Origin: Narcine bancroftii
Lineage: Eukaryota
Assembly (NCBI RefSeq): GCF_036971445.1
Contig: NC_091469.1
Coordinates: forward strand, 128,154,001 to 128,218,000
Direction of reading: 5' to 3'
Length of the DNA: 64,000 bases
Shown in pieces: positions 26,101 through 39,826 of the stretch. How positions within the stretch are numbered: position 1 is the stretch's first letter; every line of letters starts with the position of its first letter. A program made the translations under genes and the position numbers. The notes beneath the pieces were generated by a model, which worked only from the letters and a program-made list of their open reading frames with translations, did not search any database and was not told the DNA's origin.

Positions 26101-29100
26101 CTCTATACTTCCACAAGGCCATTGGGTAAGAAGTTCCACAATTTTACTCAGCAACAATGAAGGACCATCTACACACTTCTGAGTCAGGATGGTATGTGAT
26201 GGAGAGGAAATCTGGAGCTGGCTTTCCTATTCCTCCCCCCCCCCCCCCCCATTGTTTTAGGCCTCTTAGAGGTAGAACTAGTGAATTTATGATGAGCTAA
26301 TGGAGTACCTGTGTGATTAACTGCAGAGAATTTTATAAAAAGGATACACTAAAACCACTGTGCACCAAAAATGGAGGAAAAGGACACCAAGGGTGAGTGT
26401 TGATGGATCCAGAATTGTAGAATTTCTGGAGAGTAGCTGGTGTTGTGTTTGTTCTTACAAGTGGAGAATATTTCACTTCTCATTCCTCAGTGTTGGGGCA
26501 GGTCTTGCCACATCCAAGATGGTCACCAATAACTGGAAAATTTACTGATACATCTTGAGGTGAAATTGCAAAGTGAGTCAATGCACAAGGACCAATAAGA
26601 TATCTTGTTACCATTTGGTGAAGGATGGGATGTGGTTCCATGGAGCATCTTTATTGTAGAAACAAAGTTGTCCCACTATGCCAACACCAACTACTGTACT
26701 TCCCTATAGTGGTCTCATTTACTTACATTTGGCAATTCAAGTGCTTGTCTGGATACTTCACAAATGTGAAATTATCAGCAGGGATCCATTGGGTCAAATG
26801 GACTTTTCCTGTGCTTTAAATTTTATGTAATTTCATTGAATAAGCAAGATCACACCATGGCATACATGCGGTTGCCAAGATAAACAGCTGAAAACATATG
26901 CAAAACATTTCTGGGAAGGAAGAGGCAGCTGTTTTAAATCGCTATGTCTGGGAGATGTCCTGAAGGCTTATGGTTTCTTCAGACGATCAGTCATGAGACA
27001 GTTAAATGATCCAGCATTCCATTGTGATAGAGTCAAAGGTATATAACCAGTTTCCTGATAGACGGCTCATGAGTGCAGCTTTCATTGATTAATTGTGAAC
27101 TGTTGTTTCATGCTGTGTTGTCAACCTCCAACTGAAGACATTAGGCTGAAGTGTTGCCACAGGCATTTGAGAAGGTGATGTTCCACTCATCCTTCATTGC
27201 TACTGTGCAGAAAAGCCTCTCTTTCCGTGTTTCGGTGACAGGTTATTATATTCACCTATGCACATTTAATTCAAGATCATTATTTGCTTGCTCTAACAGC
27301 ACTTACTCAGATGCATAACCCTGGCACTCTTCTACCACGTTAACAACCTGTTATTCCCATAACCATCATCAGTCAGTCTTCAACAGTTTGGCTTCTTGTC
27401 ACTTAGTTTCACCATGGTGGCAGACATGCTGCACAGAATATCTGCCAGGGCAGATCACTGCAAGGATTACCACTGCCAATCTGTAGTAGGCAATGTAGCT
27501 ATGGGATATAGGTAGACTGATAATGCACAAGTGGTTTTCGCAAGTCTTCACCTTTGGGCAACATTTCTTCAAATGCTTTAAAGATATAATCTTACATTCA
27601 ATTTCCAGCTTCCCTGATCCAAGGTCAATCGACGTTTAAATGGCTGCGAAGAACTAGTGCTGTAAAGGTTTACACACGACATCCAAATGCCCGAAACAGT
27701 AAGCAGAATCGTATTTGTTAGTTCACAAGGAAAAAGTTGGAACTCAAAATAATATCAACAAAGTAACCTATATCCTTGATAACAACCAAATAATTACACA
27801 CATATGCAAATCCCAACTACATCTAGTCATTAAGAGGAGCTCAATAAGCTATTAGCCTGAACACATACGACATCTACTAAATAGCTTATTATAAACTCCT
27901 GAGCCAATTGAAGGACATGAAGTTGCTTAAAATTTCACAGCTCCTGTGATTCTGAATTTATCAAAAAAGTTTACAACTATGATAGATGATGTAATTATTC
28001 AAGACTACATCAGATGTGCCCTTAAGATAAAATCCAACATACTTGAGACCACATTAAAATGTAAAATTAATTTTATTAAAATTAATCCACCTCATATTAC
28101 AAAGCAATTATTTTTCTCAAGGAGAAGTCAATTTAATAAACTTATTGGTGATGTGTTAATCTGTAAAAGATTTGGAAAAAAAAGTTTCTTTTCTTTAAAA
28201 AGAGACCTGTTTTTGAAAAAAAATTAATATTCTCATCATAGAACACTTCACAGGAAAGCTTGCAATTAAGATCTCAAGCCTCACTATAATTTTCTCTGGG
28301 TAGCCTTTACAGATAAAACAAAATGCGCTGAAATATGATGGAGATTATGCTGATAGCCTGTGGCAAAAATTGCAATTACACAACAAAACAACCATATGAC
28401 AAGTAATGAATTCTCAACCATCTTACACCCACAAAGATAACGAAAGCGACAGAATCAGATATGATCAGATTGCAAACGTTGACACTTTGTTGATGTCAAT
28501 GTGACAGGAAGGAGCATATCTCAGAAATGGAAATATAAAATAAGCCTTGAAAGACTCCATTTAAGAGTTTTGCTCAGCAATAGAATTCATTTTCATTTTG
28601 CTGAGGATACTGCCAGCTTTATGAATAATTTACATTCTCACTTGTCATTCCAAAAAGATCTCTAAAAACCTAACAGATTCACTCTCAGTTATTTACTTTT
28701 AATAAATCTATAATATTTATCATAAACAGAGAAATAAAGAAAAATTGAGAGACTTGGATGGCTATAAAAACATGCCAATACTTTCATGTAACATAATATA
28801 ATCAGATATGCAGAAGTGCTTAACAATGGATTAAAAACTTGCTCTTTCAATCATTCTTTAACTCTGAAATTTGGTTTCTGCAAGTTAGACGCATTCCATT
28901 TTAACCGGGGATTTAAAAAAATCTTTCCACCACCCCTTTCCCCTCCCCCCCCACCCCAAATTTTAAGCAATAAGGCTCAGATTAAGCCATAATTTTAAAG
29001 AAGATGCATTTTGCTGAAATAATCTGGCACATTGTCTAGTATTGCTCATTAAGTAATTTCAGCGGCATGTAAATAATGCTCTCAGAATCTCATTGGCCAA

Positions 29101-30371
29101 CAATGGACATGCCCTGATTACAAGTACAGTACGTTACACATCCTAATTCACTTCCCTGATGGTCATACAAACTTCCTGCGAGCTTGAAAGCAAAACATTG
29201 TTTGTAGCTTTGTCCTTCGTACTGCTTGCCTTTCAATCTTGCACATGGCACATCATAAATATTAGACTCTGGTTTATTCTAATGTTGATGCTACATAAAA
29301 ACAGAATATGTAATTTGATAGATAAGCAAAAGAACATTGCTAGAGGAACTCAACGAGCCAAGCAACTTTTTGGTGAGGGATGGGGTGGGGTGGTGGTTAG
29401 GTGGCGGTGGGGGGGGTGGAATTGTCAACGTCTCAGGGAGGGTAACTCGAACCCTGTATCTGGACCAAGATCTGCAGTCTCTTGTGCCTCTGCATTTTGT
29501 TATAAGTGATATTCTAAGTGGCTATCAAAATTAAAAGCTTTCATTTGGAAATTTACAAATGCTCAATTTACTGGTTTCACTTTAATACCAACACCCTACC
29601 TTTGATTTATGAAGCTCCATTTTTTGGCCATAATGAATACTCTCTTCCCATTGGACTGGAAATCCAATTGTGTACTTCCCCACCCCCACAACCAACTTAC
29701 TGTTTCACATAAAATGTGTTCCAAGAATGCATCTCTTTTGTAAATCAAAGCATGGTTGCATAGCAAACATAATAGAAAAGTGGCTTAATCAAAATGTGAG
29801 TTTTAGGAGGAAGAGGGAGAAGTTCAAGAAGGAAACTACAAGTGTGAGGCTGCGGTTGGAGACATAGCTGCCAATGGGGGATGATAAGGAGCTTTCAAAG
29901 GGTCAGGGAGGTTTCTGATATTTGAGGACCTCGTTTGAGAATTTTAAATGTGAGGAGTGGGGGTCAAGACATGGAGAAGAAGACGAGACACCAAACAAGA
30001 CCCTGACCACAGAGAATAAGTGGAACAAAAGAGTTGAAGGAAGGCAGCCTTTTCAAGGTGAGGAATTGATGCTCAACTGCAGATCACATGGGATGCTAAT
30101 TCTACAAGTGGCTTGGTGACTGCTCTTAGAGAGTTAACATGTGGGAGGAAGGAACTGCACACTTCCGTAAATGCCTTCTTCAGGTTTGTTCCGTCTTAAG
30201 AACATAGAGGACTTCCTTCAGTTCTTTGTGAGGTAATGCTACCAGTTACAGCAACTTGCATTTAAAAAGTGGAGCACCCCCAAACATTTCACACAGAGCC
30301 ATTACACAAAAGGTAAGATTTAAGGGAGAAATCAAGGGACTTGGTTGCTGGACTCCTGTAATTGACAATTA

Positions 30372-31268
30372 CAGTACAACTCCAATTATCTGAAATCGAA
30401 TTCTCCAAAATCCTCATTTATCTGAATTTTTTTAAAAATTTGGATAAATGAGAATATCCAAAACAAATCAGAAATCCTCATTTATCTGAATTTTTTTCCC
30501 CAAAACCAAACTGACCTCATAGGTTGGAAAAAAATTCACTCAACATGAAATTAGAACAACGATTGTCCTCATTTCAGGAAACTCCCTCCCCTCTCTCTTT
30601 CCATTTTTTCTTTACCTTCCCCTATTGAATTTTTTCTCCAACTCTCCCCCTCAAACTGTGTGCCACTCTCTTCCAGCGCAAGTGGATGGAAGAATCCTTT
30701 GTCCCGGCATCATCAAGGAAAGTGGCCTCCCAGGAAGGAGCAGGGCCTTGGGCTCAATGGTGTTCCCTCCCTTTCCCTCCTATCCCCTTCCCAGCACACT
30801 GGAGCACCCAACACTGACTCCAAACCCTCCCCTCGGTGTACTATCGCACACGGGACCCCACAGTGTGCATTGGTGATAGGCCTAGGCGAGGATTCAGAGT
30901 GAGGACTCAGGTGTCGGATGCTCCGGTGACTGGTGAGTCAGGAGCCCGCCAACTCACCAGTGAGTGTTCCATCATCCCGGAAAGCCTCCTCAGGGGATCA
31001 GCGGCTGCAGTGGGGACATGTCATGGATCAGCAGTGGTGGTTGGAAGGTCTCGATAATTGGCAGCCACGTTGTGGCCAGCATTTTTTTGGTGAGAATTAA
31101 AACGTTATTTTAATACTTTAAAAAAGCCTTCCATTGTTGGTTAAACATTGAAAGAAGTGATTTGCTGTTGCTACTGGGTTGTTTTTAAAAAATGATCAGT
31201 TATTCAAAAAAAATGTTTATCCAACATGGGCCCGTTCCTGACCATTTCGGATCATCGGAGTTGTACTG
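30372..31268. mobile_element. Tc1/pogo (Tigger-like) MITE
   Basis: TIRs cagtacaactccaattatctgaaat / atttcggatcatcggagttgtactg. TA on the left flank, CA on the right. Same family as 47624-49976. Confidence 0.82.
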
Positions 31269-32530
31269 CACTTCAATTTACATCAACCCTAGTCACCTGT
31301 TAATTCCCCAGATTCACCCACATGTCTGCACAAATACATAATATTTCATACAATTTAGGTGTACGTTAGGATATTTAAAAGATAGATTATTCTTCATTTA
31401 ATACTTTTTGCTTTTAAATAACTCCATTTAAAATTTATGTCAAAATTGAGATTAGCAATGAAAGGAATAGAATAGAAATGCTTCATCAGGGAGATTGGAT
31501 TAATTTTCTGAGACTTGTTAACAGAACAAAGCTGTACTGCTGATTCGAGATTAACTGTGTGAGATAACACAATAATATGTTAACATAGTATTTAATCATA
31601 ATATTTTGAAATTGTTAATTATTACCAGGGAACTTTAAAATGAAGTCAAAGTGGAACAAACTGATAGCCTGTTTAAGTATGCTGGGACTGAATGTACAAA
31701 AGGAACTTGAAGAGTCATTTCAACCAAATGACTCCTTGAGCTGAATTGTCTGAGGAAAGGGAAGGAATCAGATGCCTGACAACAGCTGATCACAAGGGCT
31801 TCAGTACCATTTGTTGAGACAATTTTAGTAACGTTTATAGGAAATGAAGAACATCAGAGCATTGACAAGGGTTGGCAAGAAGCTAAAGTAAACTGCTCCT
31901 TGAGAGAAAACAACCATAGATAATCACCGACTTTTATTTCTAAGATTGCTTCACTGGAAATGCAGCATTGCATCTCCCAGTTATCATCAAGATGTCACAA
32001 CTTGAAGCTTGACATGAATAATGATTACATTTAAAAAATACAGAAGGAATCACACCTGATTTGACAATACACGACTACCACTATATCGCAAGCTACCATA
32101 TTACTTTACCAACAGTTTTATTCTGTACAGGTACTATGCACACTGTAATTCTAACAGTAATTGTTGACACCAAAATCACATACATAACTTCATCTACTGT
32201 CCATGATAGAAATTCATATTCCTGCATTATCATTGCTATGGCTTAAGCAATAGGAATGCAAGAAAATCAGATGAGGACAGTCCCTGTCTTTGGAGTCAGC
32301 AAAACTGTTTAATAAATGATGACTCATCTCCTAACATCAAGTTGGAACAAAGCAGAGTCAGCTTTTCTACAGCCCAGATATTCCCATTAGCTTTAAGTGG
32401 CATGTTAAGTTGCTTCATGGCATTTTGGTCTGTGGGCTAGAAGGTTAAAATTCCCACTTACTTCTGCATTATCAGAGTTGCTTTCCTTTCAATTAAAATT
32501 TCAACTGCAGCCATCCATGGAAGTAGTGTA

Positions 32531-32810
32531 CTGTAAAGCAGGCAGTTTCCAGGATGACCTGTAAAGCAGGCAGTTTCCAGGATGACCTGTAAAGCAGGCA
32601 GTTTCCAGGATGACCTGTAAAGCAGGCAGTTTCCAGGATGACCTGTAAAGCAGGCAGTTTCCAGGATGACCTGTAAAGCAGGCAGTTTCCAGGATGACCT
32701 GTAAAGCAGGCAGTTTCCAGGATGACCTGTAAAGCAAGCAGTTTCCAGGATGACCTGTAAAGCAGGCAGTTTCCAGGATGACCTGTAAAGCAAGCAGTTT
32801 CCTGGATGAC
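32531..32810. repeat. Minisatellite, 10 x 28 bp (ctgtaaagcaggcagtttccaggatgac)
   Basis: Exactly 280 bp. Only units 8 and 10 vary (caagcag in both; cctgg in unit 10). Confidence 0.97.
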
Positions 32811-33039
32811 CAAAACACCACCAAAACAATATAACTGTTCATTCATCACATGGCTCCTATTCCTGTTATGTTCAGGCAGCAGCTTTCAGTGCAAAAACAC
32901 CTTTAACAGCTGTAGCTCCCCATAAGTGAAGCCTGTCAAATTCAGTACAGCGCAAAGCAATTTTGCTTTGACAAATCTGTCTGTGTATTAAGATATCTTC
33001 CCACAGATGCAATATCTTTTTCAAACTTTATCTATATGG

Positions 33040-34442
33040 TTACCACAAAAGTCTTTCAAGAATTAAATAAACAAATAGAAATTATATTTGAAAAGGTAAA
33101 ATGTCAAAAGTATCTCTAGAAAAACTAACATGGAAATATGAATTGGGAGGTTTGCACCTTCCTAGCTTTAAGAATTATAATCAAGTAGGTCAATTGAGGG
33201 ATCAGGAAAACTGGCGTTGGTCAAAATATGGACGGATAAAACAAGAGAGAAATTAGCAGAAGAATTTATTTATAAAAGGGATTTAAAGTCAATAACTGGT
33301 ATGAAGGAGGCAGCTTTGCTTAAACATTTTATTACCATCTGAAACAAGTTAAATAATGAAATAGGAGCAAAAGGAGGTGTATCACCTAAAACACCTCTAA
33401 TTCAAAATAATCTTATATCTTGTACTGAAAATAACCTTTTTTTTAATATTTGGTTTTGTAACAGTATTAAAAATGTAGAAGATTGTTATGAATAAGGTCA
33501 ATTGATGTCATTTCAACAGTTAAGAAATAAATATGGAATTACTCAAAATACCCTCTTTTGCTGAGGGTGTTCTTTCTGGAAAAATTAGGTCCAACAATGT
33601 AGTGATTTGGAGGTTCTTATTAGGAGAGGTTATAGTAAGACATTTATTTCTGCTTTGTATTTTATATTACAAGCAGGTACTATTAAAAAGGGAATACATA
33701 AATCTAGACAGAAATAGGAGGTTGATCTAAATATTACAATTGATGAGAAAAGATGGGCAGAACTCTGTCAAGACTGTATGACAAATATTATAAAAATTAT
33801 ATACAGTTACATTCAATATAATTATTTACATCAATTAAATTTAACTGCAAAAATTTCACAAAATGAAATTTGATTATCAGATAGATGTTTTAGATATGGT
33901 AAAGAAATAAGAACTTTTTTGCATTCTACCTGATCATGATCTAAAGTTAGAAGTTTTTTGGATGGATTTAGGCAAGTTTTTGGAACACATAACTGGGATT
34001 GTTATTCCACAAAATCCAGATTTATTTTTGTTGGAGAATATAGAAAGAACAAGACCTGAATTAAAACTATCATTTTATCAAGTTAAATTTATTAAAATAG
34101 CTCTAGCAGTAGCAAGGAAGTGTATTGCAGAGACTTGGGTATCATATGTGCATTTGGGCATGGAAAGAATCACTTGGAAATTCAAAGTTTTATACCCTTG
34201 GAGAAGATTACATAGAATTTAAGAAATAAATATTCAACTTTTGTACAAATATGGAGCCTGTCTGTGCAAAGTTTATATAATTCTTTTATATAGCTATTAT
34301 CGTAATTATCTTATATTGGTTTGGGATAAGAGGGAAGGGATTAATACCATGTAATCTCTGTAATTTTCAAACTTTATTAAGTATTGACTTTGTATAGCAT
34401 AATTACATGGATGAAAACTTTCAATAAAATATTTTTAAAAAG
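33040..34442 (+). mobile_element. L1-clade LINE 3' portion, degenerate
   Basis: GGLHLPSF-like motif at ~33146 and KFIKIALAVARKCIA. Ends in tcaataaaatatttttaaaaa. Confidence 0.8.
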
Positions 34443-34479
34443 TTTGTCTTGTGTTTTGTGGAAACACCGAAAGGTGCAG

Positions 34480-35330
34480 GAAACAAAAGTGCCTGGGGAT
34501 TAAAAAGAACACAAGACCCTTGTGGGTATCAGAGCAGCTTTGGAAACAGGGGCCAAAGAGAAGCCTAGTTGACAGAAGTTCAAGGTTATTCCATGTGCTG
34601 AATGGCAAAAGCAGCTGAAGTAGATACTGAGGAAAAAAATGCAAGGACATCCACTTTGGTGCAATGAACAGAAAATTAGAGTATTCTTTAAATGGTGAAA
34701 GATTTGGGAAATGTTGGTATTCGAAGAGGTGTGCCTTTGTACATTTAAAGTTAACATATAGGTGAAACAAGTGGATAGGAAAATAAAAAGCACACAGGCC
34801 TTTATGACAAAATCATCTGCTTCTAGGAGTAAAGGATCGTACTGAAATCATTTGGTGAGGTCACACTGTGCATAGTTTTGGTCTTCTTACCACGAAGAAA
34901 TTTAACACAGAAGAAACATGGCAACGACACACCAAACTGACTCTTGGAATGACAGCTCTGACATTCAAGGAAAGGTTGGATGAGTTAGGTTCAAATTCTG
35001 TGTTTTGAAAATGATAGGTATCATTGAAGCTTACAAAAGTTCTGCAGGACTAGACATGATGGATGCAGGGTGGAGATCTCACCTGAGTGAAGAGTATAGA
35101 ACCAGGCATCACAGAGTTTTAGAATAAGTCATTGGCCCTCTGGAACTGAGGAATGCAAAAGCTTGATTGTTAAGTTCATTCAAAACAGAGATCAAATATT
35201 TGAACATCAAGGTCATAGACAAAATGTCAGAAAAAGGCAACAAGGCAGACAATTGTCTCTGAGCTTTATGAATGAGCAACAAGATCAAAAGGCCAGACGC
35301 CCAACTCCTATTCCTAATTCTTAGGTATGT
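34480..35330 (+). mobile_element. Old CR1 fragment
   Basis: gctgaatggcaaaag, catccactttggt and gtgcatagttttggtct motifs, ending in a CR1-type 3' UTR. Confidence 0.65.
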
Positions 35331-35861
35331 AAGTTCTTATGTTCCACTCTCATAGAGCGAGTATTCCTTCATTGGCCTGGGAATCTCAAACTCATCAACC
35401 CATCTCCAGAGAATCAAAAGACAACAACCTGCTAATGAATACTGAGCAGCACCATGAAGGCAACTAAAGATAGTCTCCAGTTCTGTTCTTGGAGAGGTCC
35501 AAGGGTCTGGGCAAACTCTGGACAACAAGGCTGTTTGTACAGGGCAGGAAAGCAATAAATAACAGTGAGGAAGGACAGGAGGTGAGAATAGAGAAGCAGT
35601 CAGAGGTCAAGTAGTGGTACTTCAGTTGGTATAAGGACAGTGGTTGAGCCATACCTGAGCATGAACAATTAGCAAGAACCAAACTCTAGTAGGGGGTTCA
35701 CTGAAAAACTGAAAATGACTAAGGTAAGATAAGGGAGCATGGGATTCAGTTTGGGGAAGGGGAACAGGGGGAAGAAGACAAGAAGCAGGCAACGGATAGG
35801 TTGGAATAGGATGCTCAAGGAAGACAGTATTTTCAAGACCAAATCTCTGTGTATGGTTAAG

Positions 35862-36385
35862 CGAGTGACAGATGTGTGGTTAAATGCTGACTGGCTGCAT
35901 TACGGTCTGGAGTATCTCCACGAGCATAAAAGCCCTGAAAAAGGTAATGGACACAACCCAGGACATCACAGGCAAACCCCTTTCCATCATCAAGAACATT
36001 TACAGAGAATGCTGCTGTAGGAGAGCTGCAACAATCATCAAGGATCCACATCACCCAGCACATGCTCTGTTCACACTGCTACCATCAGCAAAGAGGTATG
36101 GGTGCCACAATTCTTGCACCACCAAATTCAGGAACAGCTGTTACCCCTCCACTATAAGATTCCTCAACAACAAACTCAACCAGGTACTCATTTAAGGACT
36201 CCTACTTTTGCACTTTATTGATATTTTTCTCCATCATTTTGCACAGTTGTTTACATTTGTTTATTTGTTTACATGTGTACATTGCGTGCATGTTTTTTTT
36301 TGCATTTCCAATAAGTGGTAATTCTGCCGTGCCCGCAGGATAAAGAATCTCAGGGCTATATGTACTCTGACAATAAATAAGAATA
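35862..36385 (+). mobile_element. Rex1/Babar LINE 3' fragment
   Basis: MLTGCITVW...IIKDPHHPAHALFTLLPS...RNSCYPSTIRFLN, ending in ctctgacaataaa. Confidence 0.88.
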
Positions 36386-37934
36386 TCCCAAAGACTGTGC
36401 ATTAAGTCTGTGCAACAAAACATTTTCTCTCTTGCACCCCCTTTTGGCCTCTTTGAGACTTTTTTCTCAAGACCATGGGGTGCAATGACCATCTGAGATT
36501 AAAACAATTCACACACAGACAACTTCCACAGTTCAGACTGGATTAGAAGCAAGTCACTCTGCTCCATGGGACTATCAAAGATAAAGATTCCCAAATCAGC
36601 TGCTCTTGCTGTGTCAAAAAAAACTATTTGGAAATCAATTCATCATGTGCGATTTGTCACACAAATGAAAATTATTTATTTGAAAAAGACGACAGTAGTT
36701 TACAGCCATTCTCATGTAGTTCTTCACGTAGATACAGAGAAAGAAAAGTTTTAAATCCTCCTGTCTGAACTAGATTTACACACAATTGAATCTCAAGTCT
36801 ACCATTTAAATGACTTTTTATTTAAGTTTTTAAAATACTATGTTCTGGAAATATTAGATTACCAGCAATACCATTTCTTTATGATTGCAAAAATGAAATC
36901 TCTGCAAGCCTCCCTCATCATCCTTTGTACCAGCTATTTTGATGAAGCTTAAAATCAGCACCTCTGAGAGCTCCTTCTTTCACTTAGGGTGGTTCAGCTG
37001 GATTTCTTTATGCACTTGAGATGTCTAATGCCCCAAGGCAACTACATAAATGTAATATTTTGGATTGTTGTTTGAAAACTAAAAATTGGAATTAAAATGT
37101 CTCATAGGAATGTTATTAAACAAAGCACTAACCAATAGATGTTCAGGCAGGTGAGCAAAAGTTTGATTAAAGAAGTAGTTGTAAAGCAGAAATAAAAGGT
37201 AAAAAGGCTAAAAGGATTTACGTTGGAAGGATGTGGTATGATTAAAGTACTGTTGTCTGAAGACATGTCATCTTATGATGTTGTGAGGCCAAAGTTAAAG
37301 GACCACAGAAATCTCAATTCTATTAAGAAGATTAAGATGGAGAAAGGCTGAGTGTTTTAAAATCAAGGTATCGCTTATCCAGGAGCCAAGGATCGTCAGT
37401 GAGCAGCGGGACAACAGGGTAAACTGAGCAGCTGAGTATGGATGACCTTGCACTTACAAAATGTGGAAGATGAGAGGCTGACCTGCAGTGTGTTGGAATA
37501 GATGCAACTGGGAGAGAGGGTGAAATGTGGGACTGCAGCTGATGAGTGTGATGTGAGGAACAGGTGATGTTGCCAAGGCAATACCAGACACTTTAGGAGC
37601 ATGGCATATTTGTGCTTGGCGGTTTGAAAGTTCAAAGTTATTGTCAGAGTACATACATGACATCACATACAACCATGAGATTATTACTTTTCCCCTTCAG
37701 ACCAGGAAGATTTTCTAATTATTAATAACTCTAAACTACTCAATGTCTAGTGAATGGAATTTGCAATGAGGACCGAGGGCAGGGCTCTCACATATCCCAT
37801 TAGTGATTGAAGAGAATTTTGATCTGGATGCCAGATGCATCCTCAAGAGACTTCCACCACCTAAAATGACAGAAGGAGAAGACAACGAAAAGAACTGACT
37901 CAATTAAATTTCTTGTTTATTTTTATTAAGTGAC

Positions 37935-38112
37935 AACATTGTTTAACGGGTTTAATATATCTTATAGATTGAACTTCAAATAAATGAGGAAGGAGGTGAG
38001 GGAGGGAGGGAAGGGAGGGGGGAAAAAATGACACTGTATATATTTAAGAAGAAAAATGTCTGTATGTATCTTGGTCAATATGGTTTATAGTGTGAAAAAT
38101 AAAAAAATTTAA
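37935..38112 (+). mobile_element. LINE (L1-type) 3' UTR remnant
   Basis: G-rich tract then gtgtgaaaaataaaaaaattt poly-A-like end. Confidence 0.45.
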
Positions 38113-39462
38113 ACAAAGAGACCTGGGTAGGAGGTTGGTAGGTACAACCACCATCAGTGTGAATATGGAAATCTATGGTGTGTTTTCAGATTGTGCTATG
38201 ACCCAAGGGCAGCACACAATTGGAAAGAGTAAAGATAAAGCAATTGAGGACACAACAGAGTTAAATGTGCACAAACAACAGTGACCATTAAAAAAGATAC
38301 AAAATAGGTCTCCAGCTGGGACAAGATGGACAAGAATTGTTTCAGGGTTACATTGAAGCTGTTCATAAGTGAGCTGGAAAATTGGAATGGCAAGCAAAAA
38401 AAAAAAATCAGAATGAAATGAAATGCACACAAACACCAACATCCTGGAAGCGAATTGACACAAAGGTTCTCATGCTTGATAAAGAAAATGAAAAGCCCAA
38501 ATCTCACAATCGCTTGTAAAAGAAAACTGGTGAAAAATATGTTTATTAGCTTCTTCAAATGTTTCTACGAATTAAGCAATTTTATCCTTAATCTTTTGAC
38601 CAGCCCTAGCAAAACAATGAACGGTTAGAACACCATACAAAGTTTGCAAATGTGGGTTTACCTGTGCCACTGTACAGACACCAAAAACAAGCACATTTCT
38701 ATCCATACTTCGGCCCAAATTGCAAACATCAGCAAAATGTTCAAATGAGTTGCAGTAGATTCATGGAATTGAAACTATGTGGTTATCTCATTAACTGTGG
38801 ATTTTACATAATATTTGCTGATGCACTGTGTCTTTTCCCCCCATGAATTGGCCAGAGAATTCCAACGCCACGAAGCAGCTTCATAGTTCGAATCACTAAA
38901 TGACACTGAAAAGCTGCTTAATCCACCCTACAAGATAATCACTCTTCTGACACATGAACGTTGTTACTGCCAATTCTCCATATGTTTGGCTTGTTAAACT
39001 GTCCTTTGAAATGGCTGGAGGAAAGAATTGTGCAGGATTTCCTATTAAACAGTTCAGCGCAAAGTAAACAGCTACTATCAATAGCTATAAATAATTTATT
39101 GTCCATCCACCTCAACTCAGAGGACAGGTAGTGCAAAATCATAATACCACCCTTCCAGATATTTGCCCAGAATGATATACAAAGGATAGTCAGCTCAGAA
39201 ACAGTCCATTCAACTCAGCCGAAAATAACAAAGGGAATGAGTGGCAGCTCGTCAAGCAAATGCCTCAAAGTTCCAGTGACCCAGGTTCAATCCTAGCCTC
39301 CAGTGCTCTCTCTACATGTTCACTCTGTGACCATGTGTGTTTCTCTCCAATTAAAGAAAATATTTAACCACTAATCACCTTGTTATTCAACTTGATCATG
39401 GCTAATAAGCGAAAAATTGACTACATTTCAAATCTCATTTATAAAAATACCACTGGCAGTAG

Positions 39463-39771
39463 TGAGCCAGAGTTTATAGAAATGATTTAGGGAGATAAAT
39501 TGGGAAAGGTTTGTTACAGCAGGTTACATTGAAACACTTTAAAACAGATCTTATTTGAAATACTGGAGCTCTGCTAATGCTAAACATATCGGCTCCATAG
39601 CTTTTGCAAGAGCTTTGGAGAGTGCCCAAGAGACTTCACTAATGGATTGCTGTTTACAAAAGGCAACAGAGGAACAATCTTGTTGGAGCCACAGATTGTC
39701 GGGAATTGTTCTAATAGGGTCATGTGGTTTTGCAAGCAGAGAGAGAGAAACAGGCTTTCTGTGCGTGTGTG

Positions 39772-39826
<55 letters not shown>

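Noticed and set aside
32531-32810. CRISPR-like 28-bp repeat, and three overlapping repetitive ORFs (32458-32849)
   Set aside because: Units are head-to-tail with no spacers, there are no cas genes, and the context is vertebrate. The ORFs arise only because the unit lacks minus-strand stops.
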